A DNA stretch of 64,000 nt from Bdellovibrio sp. (GTDB lineage: Bacteria; Bdellovibrionota; Bdellovibrionia; Bdellovibrionales; Bdellovibrionaceae). The position numbers and the translations under genes were made by a program. Each line of letters begins with the position of its first letter. Within the stretch, counting starts at the first letter, position 1. Shown piece after piece: positions 28,897-37,988 of this stretch. A model generated the notes under the pieces. The model made no database searches and was not told where the DNA came from. It was given only the letters and a program-made list of their open reading frames with translations. Location: the NCBI GenBank assembly GCA_036676395.1, contig JAKFCY010000002.1, positions 1,600,001-1,664,000 of the forward strand, written 5' to 3'.

Positions 28897-29811
28897 TTAA
28901 TTTTGCCCGCAGCGATCAAGACTGACCGTTGGAGTCTGAACTACACCATTTTCAGTGTAAGTAAGATCGGCTATACCACAACCGGTGATAGTCATCGTAA
29001 AATTACCCAGCGAAGTGCATGTACCTGTCCAATGTCCTTGTGTAGCACAGTTACAGTTTGCAGTACCCCAGGCCACCGAAACCGGTTGAAACGTGCAAGT
29101 TTCTCCCGAAGTCGCATTCACGATCTCTAGGGCTCCCGCACCACTTGATAACACACGGTTACCACGCGTATTACCAGTGATTGTAAGTGGCGTCACCGTT
29201 CTGGTATTAAGACTTAATAACACTGTGCCATTAGAATTTAATGAGCGATTAATGCCATCATTCACATAAGAAAATACTCTGGTTGTGCCTGAACCTGTAG
29301 CCCAAGTCAGAATCGACCCGTAAGTACCAGTTTTAGTTGCAGATAATGACATGTTATTACTAGCGATTGTGTAATTCGGCGCAATTCGAATAGCTTGGCC
29401 AGCTGCAGACATCGTGCAATTTGTGCCACCAGTCCAAGTCATGCCGACTGAGCCAGTTAAAACATATCCGCCAATCGTACAGCTATTGAAGTTTCTTAAA
29501 ACAGAATTTGCAGAGCACGTGCTAAATTCGGCCGTGTTGCAAGTCGCCGCTTGCGCTTGCGGAAATAAAGCGAACATTAAATTATCGACAGAGACATTTT
29601 TTGAAGAAGAGTTATTAAAAGTCGGCGCAAAATGTGCGATCGCAGTTGTACCGCGTCCCGCTTCATCAATCGTTGCCATGACATCACCAAGTTGATTTGC
29701 GACTTCGAGAGCGGTGTTGGCTTCGCCGAATGAAACCTGCTCTGAAGCGCCACAACCTAAAATCAGGTTACAAACTGCAGCCATTAAAACTAGCAAAAGT
29801 GTCTTGTTCAT
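28897..29811 (-). CDS. Cys/Thr/Gly-rich beta-strand lipoprotein
   Basis: GGAG RBS, lipobox ILGC, many Cys. Confidence 0.75.
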   Translation of the reverse strand: MNKTLLLVLMAAVCNLILGCGASEQVSFGEANTALEVANQLGDVMATIDEAGRGTTAIAHFAPTFNNSSSKNVSVDNLMFALFPQAQAATCNTAEFSTCSANSVLRNFNSCTIGGYVLTGSVGMTWTGGTNCTMSAAGQAIRIAPNYTIASNNMSLSATKTGTYGSILTWATGSGTTRVFSYVNDGINRSLNSNGTVLLSLNTRTVTPLTITGNTRGNRVLSSGAGALEIVNATSGETCTFQPVSVAWGTANCNCATQGHWTGTCTSLGNFTMTITGCGIADLTYTENGVVQTPTVSLDRCGQN

Positions 29812-29974
29812 GTTTACTCCAAGTGCTCTATAGAGCTAATTATTGGGCAAAATACCCCGATGTCATCAAGATTGTGTTATTACGCACAGAGTGCATTAAT
29901 TTTTTTTTGCAACTTCTGTATTTTCATAGCGAAATAGGCCCACAACTTAGATTATCCAGTGGAGGGGTTCCATT

Positions 29975-31048
29975 ATGTTAATGCGTTTAATAATTATTAC
30001 TTTATTTTTTAGTTTATCTGCCCAAGCCTATTCACCAAAAGTGGCTTGGTTATCACAGTTAAAATCAATCGATGATTTAGAATTAGTGGCAACTCCAGAA
30101 CAAAATCACACGCCTCTGTTTGAGGCTTTCGCTAAAGCGCAAAAAACTATTCGCATCGGAATTTTTGGAATCTCGTCCCAAGAGATGGCTGATCAAATTG
30201 AAAAACAAGTTAAACGCGGGATCAATGTTACAATTATATGTGATAAATACTGTACGAATAATGAAAAACGCAAAGCCATTTTCGAGCAATTAAAAAAAGC
30301 GGGCGCTAACATCATGGTGGCCACTAGTGGCTTTACAATCACTCACTGGAAAATGTTTGTCATTGATGAATCCTTAGCTTTTGTTTCAACGATGAATTTT
30401 ATTAGCCGATCAAATCAAATGCGCGATTTGGGCGTATTTACTGCGGATAAATCAGTGATCTCTGAAATTATCTCTGTGTTTGACCAAGATGTTAAAAATT
30501 CTGTGAATCAAACTAACATTACACCAGAGTTAGTAAGCACTAATTTAGTATGGAGCCCAAATAATTCCGAAGCTAAACTTGTGGACCTGATTAATTCAGC
30601 TGATAAAACCATCGAAATTTGGATCGAAAACATGGGACATGTAAAAATACATGCAGCGTTACAAGAGGCCGTTAAACGTAAAGTCAATGTGCGCGTGTTA
30701 ACCAGCGTCTGTGGTTTAGGTATGTCAGGTGCACAAGCTTATAAAAATCTAAAAGACTTAAAATCACGTGGTGTGATCGTTAAAGGAACCCCCTACCCTG
30801 CGACTGAAGGCATCCCGTATATCCACGCAAAAACAATCAATGTTGATCATCAGGCCGTATTTTTAGGGTCTGAGAATTTTTCTGGAAATTCGATCAATAA
30901 AGCTCGTGAATTAGGAATTGTATTTAGAGATGTCGCTGTTGAACAGAAGATGGCAGCCCTTTATGAAAAAGATTGGGCCCAATCTGTCGAAATTCCGGAT
31001 TCTCACCCAGAAAAATGTAGCCCATTGACTGCAAATACGGAAGAATAG
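29975..31048 (+). CDS. Secreted phospholipase D superfamily protein
   Basis: Two HKD motifs (HWKMFVID and HAKTINVD..GSENFS) and a signal peptide. Confidence 0.9.
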   Translation: MLMRLIIITLFFSLSAQAYSPKVAWLSQLKSIDDLELVATPEQNHTPLFEAFAKAQKTIRIGIFGISSQEMADQIEKQVKRGINVTIICDKYCTNNEKRKAIFEQLKKAGANIMVATSGFTITHWKMFVIDESLAFVSTMNFISRSNQMRDLGVFTADKSVISEIISVFDQDVKNSVNQTNITPELVSTNLVWSPNNSEAKLVDLINSADKTIEIWIENMGHVKIHAALQEAVKRKVNVRVLTSVCGLGMSGAQAYKNLKDLKSRGVIVKGTPYPATEGIPYIHAKTINVDHQAVFLGSENFSGNSINKARELGIVFRDVAVEQKMAALYEKDWAQSVEIPDSHPEKCSPLTANTEE

Positions 31049-31052
31049 TCAT

Positions 31053-32870
31053 GTGACTATTCTTCATCTATTGTCTCAAAATCAACTTACTGGTGCAGAA
31101 GTCTATGCCAGTCAGCTTATCGATACCCAAGTGGCCGCAGGCCATAAAGTCTATCAAGTCTCTAATGGGTTTTATTACCCGACAAAAGCTGAAAAAATTG
31201 AACTTAAAGTCGAAACTAAATCTATTTTCGAAACTTATAATAGCGTAAAAAAACTTCGCGACATCATCAAGAAACACAATATCCAGGTGATCCACGCCCA
31301 TTCGCGTGCTGCTTCAAAGCTAGCCGACAAGGCGGCTTGCGGAATGCCTGTGGGTTACGTAAGTACGATTCATGGCCGTCAGCACTTATCTTTTTCAAAA
31401 CGCTGGAAAAACATCTACGGCACGCACCAGATCGCCGTTTGTGAAAACATCAAATCGCAGTTAGCCATCGAATTTAATTACAACCCTAAGCACATTAAAG
31501 TGATCAGAAACGGAATCAGCACAGAATTGTTTTTTCCAAAACGTGTGAATTCTGCGAAAAGCAAAACTGAAACGTTAAAAATAGCCATCATCGGCCGCGC
31601 TACAGGCCCTAAAAAAGTCAGAACTGAAAATACGATTAAATATTTCACCGAGATTTTAACAAAACAAAATATCGTCTGCGAAATTCATATCATCGGCACA
31701 AGTGAAATAGATATTGATCCAGCACTTCATTCTAAAAACATACACTTTCACACAGCTCAAAATCTGCACCAGGGTATTTACGCTCAGTTTGATCTGATCG
31801 TGGGCGCAGGCCGTGTCTGTATGGAAAGCTTAATGAGCGGCGTGCCAACAATTGCCTTCGGCGAAGCCAAGTACTTAGGTTTAGTAAAAAAAGAAAATAT
31901 CACTGAATTTATGCAGTCTAATTTCGGCGACATTGAAAAATCATCTTGGGGAGCTCCTGAAGTAAACGTCGAACAATTAAAAATCGATATCGAAAATTAT
32001 TATAAATTAAATATCCAAGAAATTTTAGATTTAGCCAAAGTAACAAAACTTCACTTCGCGCTTAAAACTGTCAGCGATCAGATTCAAAAAATCTACGAAG
32101 CCAGCTACTTTGAAAAAAATCACAAAAGCTGGATTCCGGTTCTAATGTACCATAAAATCCCGAAGCAAGAATTAGATTCACCTCACAAGATTTATGTTAC
32201 GCAAAGCAATTTCGAAAAACATCTGCAGTTTTATAAAAACCAAGGTTTTCAAACGGTTACTTTTTCTGAACTTAAAGACTTTAAAAACGGCACCCGCAGT
32301 TTTAGCGAATTTCCGAAAAAACCGTTAGTGTTAACTTTTGATGATGGCTATTGGGATAACTACAATAACGCCGACCCGTTACTTAAAAAATATAACTTTA
32401 GAGCGCAGATTTTCTTATTAGCCAATAGTGATATTTCACACAATCAATGGGATGAAGCCAACGCTGAAAAAGGCGATAAGATTGTTGCTGGTAGCGATCG
32501 CAAGTTATGGCTTAAATCAAATTTTGAAATCGGCTCACACGGCTTTAGCCACAAACGCATTACTGAAATGACTTCTGATGTAGCTTTTACAGAATTAGTT
32601 GATTCAAAACGTTCGCTTGAAAAAGAATTCGACCGCGAAGTGTGCGTTTACGCTTATACTTACGGCGATACTAACGCAGCCTGTGCGTGTTTAGCTGAAG
32701 CCGCTGGATATGACTTTGCGGTTAACACAGATACTGGTGGATTTAAAATGTTTGATGATCCTTTTCAGATCTTTAGAGTAAATATTTTTCCGGATGAGAC
32801 GAAGTTTTCTTTATGGAAAAAAACTTCGTCTTGGTATCGTAAGAATTATTTCAGAAAACGCGGTAAATAA
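31053..32870 (+). CDS. GT-B (GT4-like) glycosyltransferase fused to a NodB polysaccharide deacetylase
   Basis: N-terminal TGAE, IHAHSR and STIHG. C-terminal VLMYHKI, LTFDDGY and GSHGFSH. Confidence 0.9.
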   Translation: MTILHLLSQNQLTGAEVYASQLIDTQVAAGHKVYQVSNGFYYPTKAEKIELKVETKSIFETYNSVKKLRDIIKKHNIQVIHAHSRAASKLADKAACGMPVGYVSTIHGRQHLSFSKRWKNIYGTHQIAVCENIKSQLAIEFNYNPKHIKVIRNGISTELFFPKRVNSAKSKTETLKIAIIGRATGPKKVRTENTIKYFTEILTKQNIVCEIHIIGTSEIDIDPALHSKNIHFHTAQNLHQGIYAQFDLIVGAGRVCMESLMSGVPTIAFGEAKYLGLVKKENITEFMQSNFGDIEKSSWGAPEVNVEQLKIDIENYYKLNIQEILDLAKVTKLHFALKTVSDQIQKIYEASYFEKNHKSWIPVLMYHKIPKQELDSPHKIYVTQSNFEKHLQFYKNQGFQTVTFSELKDFKNGTRSFSEFPKKPLVLTFDDGYWDNYNNADPLLKKYNFRAQIFLLANSDISHNQWDEANAEKGDKIVAGSDRKLWLKSNFEIGSHGFSHKRITEMTSDVAFTELVDSKRSLEKEFDREVCVYAYTYGDTNAACACLAEAAGYDFAVNTDTGGFKMFDDPFQIFRVNIFPDETKFSLWKKTSSWYRKNYFRKRGK

Positions 32871-34811
32871 TTAAAGCCCGAAAGCTTTAAGTGATTGAAC
32901 CGCGATCACAGCTAACAAGTAGGCCACAGCGTTACTTCCTACTAATTGCAGACCAGTCCACAACCAGCTGCCGTTTTCTTTTCTTAATACGCCGACAGTC
33001 GTTAAGCACTGCATAGCGATCATAAAGAATATGAAAATACCGACAATAGAAGCCACAGTGAAAATCGGCGTGCCATCAGCAAATTTAGCTTCTGCCATTT
33101 TCTCTAATATTGGTGTCGTGTTTTCTTCGTCATCCACTTGCGCATTCATTGATAAGGCTAAGCTTGATACGAAAACTTCGCGGGCTGCGAAAGATGCCAA
33201 GTACGCAAATCCCACGCGGCCATCTAAGCCTAGGGGTTTAAATACAGGCTCGATAGCATTCGAAACTTGCATAGCATAAGTTAGTGGCGCTTGATCTTCA
33301 GGCGTACCTTCGGCAGCTTTTGGAAACGTTGTAGCAACCCACAAGATCACAGAAAGACCGATAATGATCGGACCTGCTTTTTTAACAAATGAAATTGATT
33401 TATCCCACGATTGACGAAGAATCGTCGAAAAACGAGGTCTACGATAAAAAGGTAAATCCATCATTAAGCGCGAAGTCTGTTGGCTTTCAATCATTTTAGA
33501 TAAAATAGCTGAAGCAACAGCGCCGACAACAATTGAACCAAAGTATAACGAGGCCATCACAAAGCCCGCAAGTACGGGGCTACCGTCTGCGAACAAAAAT
33601 GAAATTAGTAGCGCATAAACTGGTAAGCGCGCAGAACAAGACATAAATGGAATTGTAAATTGCGCAATCATACGCTCTTTACGTGAAGTGATGTTACGAG
33701 TAGCCATAATCGCAGGAATCGCGCAGGCAAAACCTGAAAGCATCGGAACAAATGAACGGCCACCAAGACCCACTTTTTTAAGGGGCCCGTCGATTAAGGC
33801 GGCTACACGCGAAAGATAACCTGTGTTTTCGAAAATACCGATTCCGATAAAAAGAATAAAAATCTGTGGAACGAAAATAACCACGCCATTGATCGCAGCT
33901 AATAAACCATCACCTATAAATTCACCGATAAGACCAGGAATGTGGGCTTTTGTATAATCAATTGAAGTGGCCATGGCTCCATCAATTAAATCCATTAATG
34001 GCGCAGCCCACCAGTAAACCGAAGCAAAGAAAAGTGTCATCAGCGCAAAGAAAAATACATAGCCTAGCACTGGGTGTAATAACCATTTATCTACATTCAG
34101 AGTGAATTCTAATTGTGATTGGCTTTGAACCGCCGCCTGAGCCGCTTGCACTTTTTCTTTCATAAAAGCATTCTCTTTTAAAAACTGAGAAATAACTTTT
34201 AGCTCTTCAACTTTTTGAGCTTCAGAGTATTTAACTTCATTGTATTGAGAAAGTTTTTGCGGTGTGTTTTTTAACAAAGCAACGATTTCAAATAAACCTT
34301 TACCTAAAACACCATCGAATAAAACAACATGTTCAACACCTAAAAACTTTTTGATTTCTAAGACGTTAATCTGTTGTTTTTCTTTAGCCACAAGGTCAGA
34401 CATCGTTAATACAACGATCACATGTGAATTCGGCTGGATTAAATGTTTAGCTAATAATAACTGACGGTTCATTTGTGTCGCATCGATAACAAGAATAACT
34501 GCGTTGTATTGCACGTGGTGAGAATGTTTTAAAATTCCTATGGTTACTTTTTCGTCATCAGATTGCGGATCAACCGAATAAATCCCCGGTGTATCAACGA
34601 TACTAACAGGCTTCATATCAGCTTTAGTCGCTAACTCATGCTGAAGTGAACCTAACGAGTACTCAACTGTAGCCCCTGGATAATTTACGGTTTTAAATTT
34701 CGAGCCAGTCAGCCAGTTGTAAAGTGTTGTTTTACCCGAGTTAGGTGATCCAACTAATAAAACATTTCTTTGATCTAGCGGAGTTAGTGAGTCATTTAGT
34801 GCATGAGACAT
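32871..34811 (-). CDS. feoB: Ferrous iron transporter B
   Basis: GSPNSGKT, NYPGATVE, DTPG and PFMSCSARLPVY. Confidence 0.96.
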   Translation of the reverse strand: MSHALNDSLTPLDQRNVLLVGSPNSGKTTLYNWLTGSKFKTVNYPGATVEYSLGSLQHELATKADMKPVSIVDTPGIYSVDPQSDDEKVTIGILKHSHHVQYNAVILVIDATQMNRQLLLAKHLIQPNSHVIVVLTMSDLVAKEKQQINVLEIKKFLGVEHVVLFDGVLGKGLFEIVALLKNTPQKLSQYNEVKYSEAQKVEELKVISQFLKENAFMKEKVQAAQAAVQSQSQLEFTLNVDKWLLHPVLGYVFFFALMTLFFASVYWWAAPLMDLIDGAMATSIDYTKAHIPGLIGEFIGDGLLAAINGVVIFVPQIFILFIGIGIFENTGYLSRVAALIDGPLKKVGLGGRSFVPMLSGFACAIPAIMATRNITSRKERMIAQFTIPFMSCSARLPVYALLISFLFADGSPVLAGFVMASLYFGSIVVGAVASAILSKMIESQQTSRLMMDLPFYRRPRFSTILRQSWDKSISFVKKAGPIIIGLSVILWVATTFPKAAEGTPEDQAPLTYAMQVSNAIEPVFKPLGLDGRVGFAYLASFAAREVFVSSLALSMNAQVDDEENTTPILEKMAEAKFADGTPIFTVASIVGIFIFFMIAMQCLTTVGVLRKENGSWLWTGLQLVGSNAVAYLLAVIAVQSLKAFGL

Positions 34812-35020
34812 TTGAACTCCTGTTCATTTAGCGCTAACAAAGTTTGGTGAAAACGAATCACTGTCACGTTAGAGAAATTTAATTTTTTGATAATTTCAAA
34901 TTCAACACCTGGGTATAACCCGAAATCAATTAGACGCTCGACCAACACTTGATTGGCTTCAGGAGTGTCCTCAACTTGATTAAACCCATTTAACTTTAAT
35001 ATTGTGCTTTTTTCACTCAT
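34796..35020 (-). CDS. feoA: FeoA family protein
   Basis: RLIDFGLYPG motif, directly upstream of feoB. Confidence 0.85.
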   Translation of the reverse strand: MSEKSTILKLNGFNQVEDTPEANQVLVERLIDFGLYPGVEFEIIKKLNFSNVTVIRFHQTLLALNEQEFKCLMH

Positions 35021-35044
35021 ACGGTTTTGTAGCTTTCCTTGCTC

Positions 35045-35067
35045 TAAATGAAAATGTTTTGCATTTA
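35045..35067. promoter_or_regulatory. Putative Fur box
   Basis: TAAATGAAAATGTTTTGCATTTA, a 7-1-7-like palindrome 25 nt upstream of feoA. Confidence 0.7.
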
Positions 35068-35155
35068 AGACTCACTTAATGAAAACCAACTGACACATCT
35101 CACATAGAAATCTTGTAAAATAGCTCTGCCAAAGTCTAGAAAACCCCACCACTGG

Positions 35156-35183
35156 TCAAGTCCTATAACCCTAAGTCCGATCT
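35156..35183 (+). promoter_or_regulatory. Putative sigma28 (FliA) promoter
   Basis: TCAAG-N15-TCCGATCT, 7 nt upstream of the ATG at 35191. Confidence 0.5.
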
Positions 35184-35190
35184 GGTTTAC

Positions 35191-36222
35191 ATGAACAACC
35201 GCCTACGATTTAAGACTTTCAGCTTGATGATCTTGGTGCTTACACAACTAGCAACGCCGACTGCGCTTGGCGAAGTATTTCGCTGGCCAAAACTGTGCGT
35301 TAACCAAACGGTCAGTATCGAAAATAAATCGAACAAAGAACAAACTGTGTGGTTACAAGAATGGGAAAAATACATCGTTGATGAAATCGATCATCAGGTT
35401 CCGGCAAAAGGAAAAATCTTTTTACAACTTTCACATGACCCGTCGACTTCTGCTCAAGATTATTCATTATTAGCCTTAGATAGTCCAAAAGACTTAATCA
35501 TCGAAACAAACTGCAACTTACGCGATATCGCATCGGGTGATTCATTAGAAGGTGGCGTCGTTTATTATAAAATAAATCCGCAGGCTACGAATGAAGTTCA
35601 GCTTAAAAATTTATTTCCGGGTCGTAATACTTTTTACATTGAAGATTTAAGTTTTACAAAAAAATCAGCTCCCCTTGAAATCGATGTTGAAGGCCGTGAA
35701 CTTTTTAAATTCACTTTAAAACCAGAACCCACTTCGACGTGGGTTAAAATCACTGCCCGCGAGCGTTTTCGTTCGAGTGTAAATACCTCTTCTGCCGTTT
35801 TAAAACCTGTCTATGTTGAAGCACAACGTTCCGTGGCCTCGACTGATGAGAAATATTTTTTAATGGGCTCTAGTGATAACACTGGTGATCAATTCGTGGT
35901 AAAAATCAAAGATCCTGCGATGGTGCAAAAAGCGCGCGATCAAATCACGAATCCAAAATTACAAAAAATTGTTTTTGCGAAAATCATTTTAGGGCATCAA
36001 GGCTATAATCGTAACCTGATTAAAAAAGAAAAAAGCTTTTGGTCATGGTCTGTGACTGAAGTCACAAATATTTCTGATATCGGAAGCACTGCGTGTAACG
36101 GTTTTCCGCAAATGTTAGAAGACCAAGCTGTAGCCTGGGTTCGTGGTTTAGGCAAAATTTGTTTTTGGTCATACCGAATCAAAAAAGAACTGACTTACGA
36201 CGAAGTTACAAATCCGAAATAA
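35191..36222 (+). CDS. Secreted protein with BP74-like C-terminal domain
   Basis: Signal peptide. C-terminal FVVKIKDP..ARD, GYN..WSW, ACNGFP and CFWSYR. Confidence 0.6.
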   Translation: MNNRLRFKTFSLMILVLTQLATPTALGEVFRWPKLCVNQTVSIENKSNKEQTVWLQEWEKYIVDEIDHQVPAKGKIFLQLSHDPSTSAQDYSLLALDSPKDLIIETNCNLRDIASGDSLEGGVVYYKINPQATNEVQLKNLFPGRNTFYIEDLSFTKKSAPLEIDVEGRELFKFTLKPEPTSTWVKITARERFRSSVNTSSAVLKPVYVEAQRSVASTDEKYFLMGSSDNTGDQFVVKIKDPAMVQKARDQITNPKLQKIVFAKIILGHQGYNRNLIKKEKSFWSWSVTEVTNISDIGSTACNGFPQMLEDQAVAWVRGLGKICFWSYRIKKELTYDEVTNPK

Positions 36223-36726
36223 CTATTCTATAGTTGTTGCCGCTGATTGACCGCGCGTCTCTTCAACTTCTACGGTTAATTTAGCGATGCCGTATTTTTT
36301 AAATTCTTTAAAAAACTCTTCAGCTAATACAGAAGACAATTGTTCAACACTCGTATTTGAAATATCTAACCAAATCACTTCTTCTTTGGGTAATGAATAA
36401 AAACGATCGCGAAAAGTGATTTCATAGTTTTTACTATCAGAAGACATTTTTGATTTCACATCAGGATGATTTTTAGGTAACAAAACGTGTTCATCCCAAA
36501 TATCTAATCTGGCTTTAATGAACTTTTTAAGAACATTGAAATCCACCATGTAGCCCATTTTGCCCTGTTCGTCTGCAGCATTACCCACATCAGGAGCCAA
36601 AATAGAAACCACCACTTGGTAATTATGGCCATGAAGCATTTCTGCAGATTTCTGGTCAAAAATTAAAAAGTGCGCCGAAGAGAACTTAAAATTTTGCTTA
36701 GATAGGCGTAATGAAGTGGTTTTCAT
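36223..36726 (-). CDS. 6-pyruvoyl-tetrahydropterin synthase family, PTPS-III-like
   Basis: FSSAHF, EMLHGHNY, VDF, TSVE and VEE. Confidence 0.85.
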   Translation of the reverse strand: MKTTSLRLSKQNFKFSSAHFLIFDQKSAEMLHGHNYQVVVSILAPDVGNAADEQGKMGYMVDFNVLKKFIKARLDIWDEHVLLPKNHPDVKSKMSSDSKNYEITFRDRFYSLPKEEVIWLDISNTSVEQLSSVLAEEFFKEFKKYGIAKLTVEVEETRGQSAATTIE

Positions 36727-36764
36727 GCTGACAGTATAATCTTTTTGGGGGTATATAACAACCC

Positions 36765-37133
36765 ATGAGTCAGATCTTTGAACTTAAGACCCACTACCAA
36801 ATCGAATCAGCTAGGTTTTTACCTCACCTACCTGAAGGTCATCCGTGCAAACGCATGCATGGCCATAGTTTTAAAATCATTCTGACATTACGTGGCCCTT
36901 TACAGCCACACGTCGGCTGGGTGCAGGATTACCACGAAATCGATCACATCATGAAGCCTCTATTGGCTGCTATCGATCACCGTCTATTAAACGAAGTGAC
37001 AGGTTTAGAAAATCCAACATCTGAACTTTTAGCTAAATGGATATTCGATCATGCTGTCGTAAAATTACCATTACTTAAGTCGGTGACTATCATGGAAACA
37101 CCTACTACAGAGTGCACTTATCCCGTAATTTAA
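36765..37133 (+). CDS. queD: 6-carboxytetrahydropterin synthase (QueD/PTPS-I-like)
   Basis: CKRMHGHSF, DHRLLNEV, NPTSE and ETP. Confidence 0.85.
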   Translation: MSQIFELKTHYQIESARFLPHLPEGHPCKRMHGHSFKIILTLRGPLQPHVGWVQDYHEIDHIMKPLLAAIDHRLLNEVTGLENPTSELLAKWIFDHAVVKLPLLKSVTIMETPTTECTYPVI

Positions 37134-37960
37134 TTTGCGAAATCTGAATTTACTTTAACGGCTTTATTGTGAAATTGTTCAAGCTGTGAATCTTGTAAAC
37201 CCAGCACACCTTTTTGATAAAGCATAACAATGGTTGAACCCATTCTAAACATGCCAAGTTCATCGCCTTTTTGCACTTCTAAGTTTTTATACTCTTTAAT
37301 TAAAGGTTTAAAAACCTTGAACTGATTGCCGCGAATTTCAGGATCAAAACTAAGAGCGATATCACCAACATTTGTTGCCGCAACAAACACCACGCCAACT
37401 AGGCCGCGATCGGTTTTAATTTCTACATACACACGTTCGTTGATCGAAAACAATTCGTGAATATTTGAAGTCGACCAGTTATTCACCGGCCATAAAGCCC
37501 CTGGAATATGAATTACACGCACAATTATACCATCCACAGGTGAATGCACGCGGTGGTAATCTGTCGGGCAAAGATAGTATGTTAAAAATTGGCCATCGCT
37601 ATAAATATCTAAAGCTTTATCAAAACCTGCAAAATCTTTTACGTTATAAGTCTTACCCTTAGCTTGAATGAGTTTACCGTCTGCCATAAGAGCAGCCTGA
37701 GTAATCACTGAATCTGCAGGGTGCACAGCCCAAGTTCTACCCAGTGGGCGGCTGCCTGATTTTAGTTTTCTGATAAAAAATTCACCCAAAGATGGGTACT
37801 GATCGACTGGTTTTTCAGCCTCTTCAAGGTTGATATGATAAGCTTTTGCAAAAATTCTAATGATCGGAGTCCAAATAAAGCGTGGAAACTGCAAATGAAC
37901 CAATTTACCCACGATATAGCTTAAATGATTTTTCGGTAAGAACTGTGTGATTGCTGCCAT
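37130..37960 (-). CDS. psd: Phosphatidylserine decarboxylase
   Basis: FFIRKLK, YLCPTDYHRVHSP, NER and FRMGST. Confidence 0.93.
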   Translation of the reverse strand: MAAITQFLPKNHLSYIVGKLVHLQFPRFIWTPIIRIFAKAYHINLEEAEKPVDQYPSLGEFFIRKLKSGSRPLGRTWAVHPADSVITQAALMADGKLIQAKGKTYNVKDFAGFDKALDIYSDGQFLTYYLCPTDYHRVHSPVDGIIVRVIHIPGALWPVNNWSTSNIHELFSINERVYVEIKTDRGLVGVVFVAATNVGDIALSFDPEIRGNQFKVFKPLIKEYKNLEVQKGDELGMFRMGSTIVMLYQKGVLGLQDSQLEQFHNKAVKVNSDFAN

Positions 37961-37988
37961 GGGCTGATTCTGCTACATTACCCTTTCA

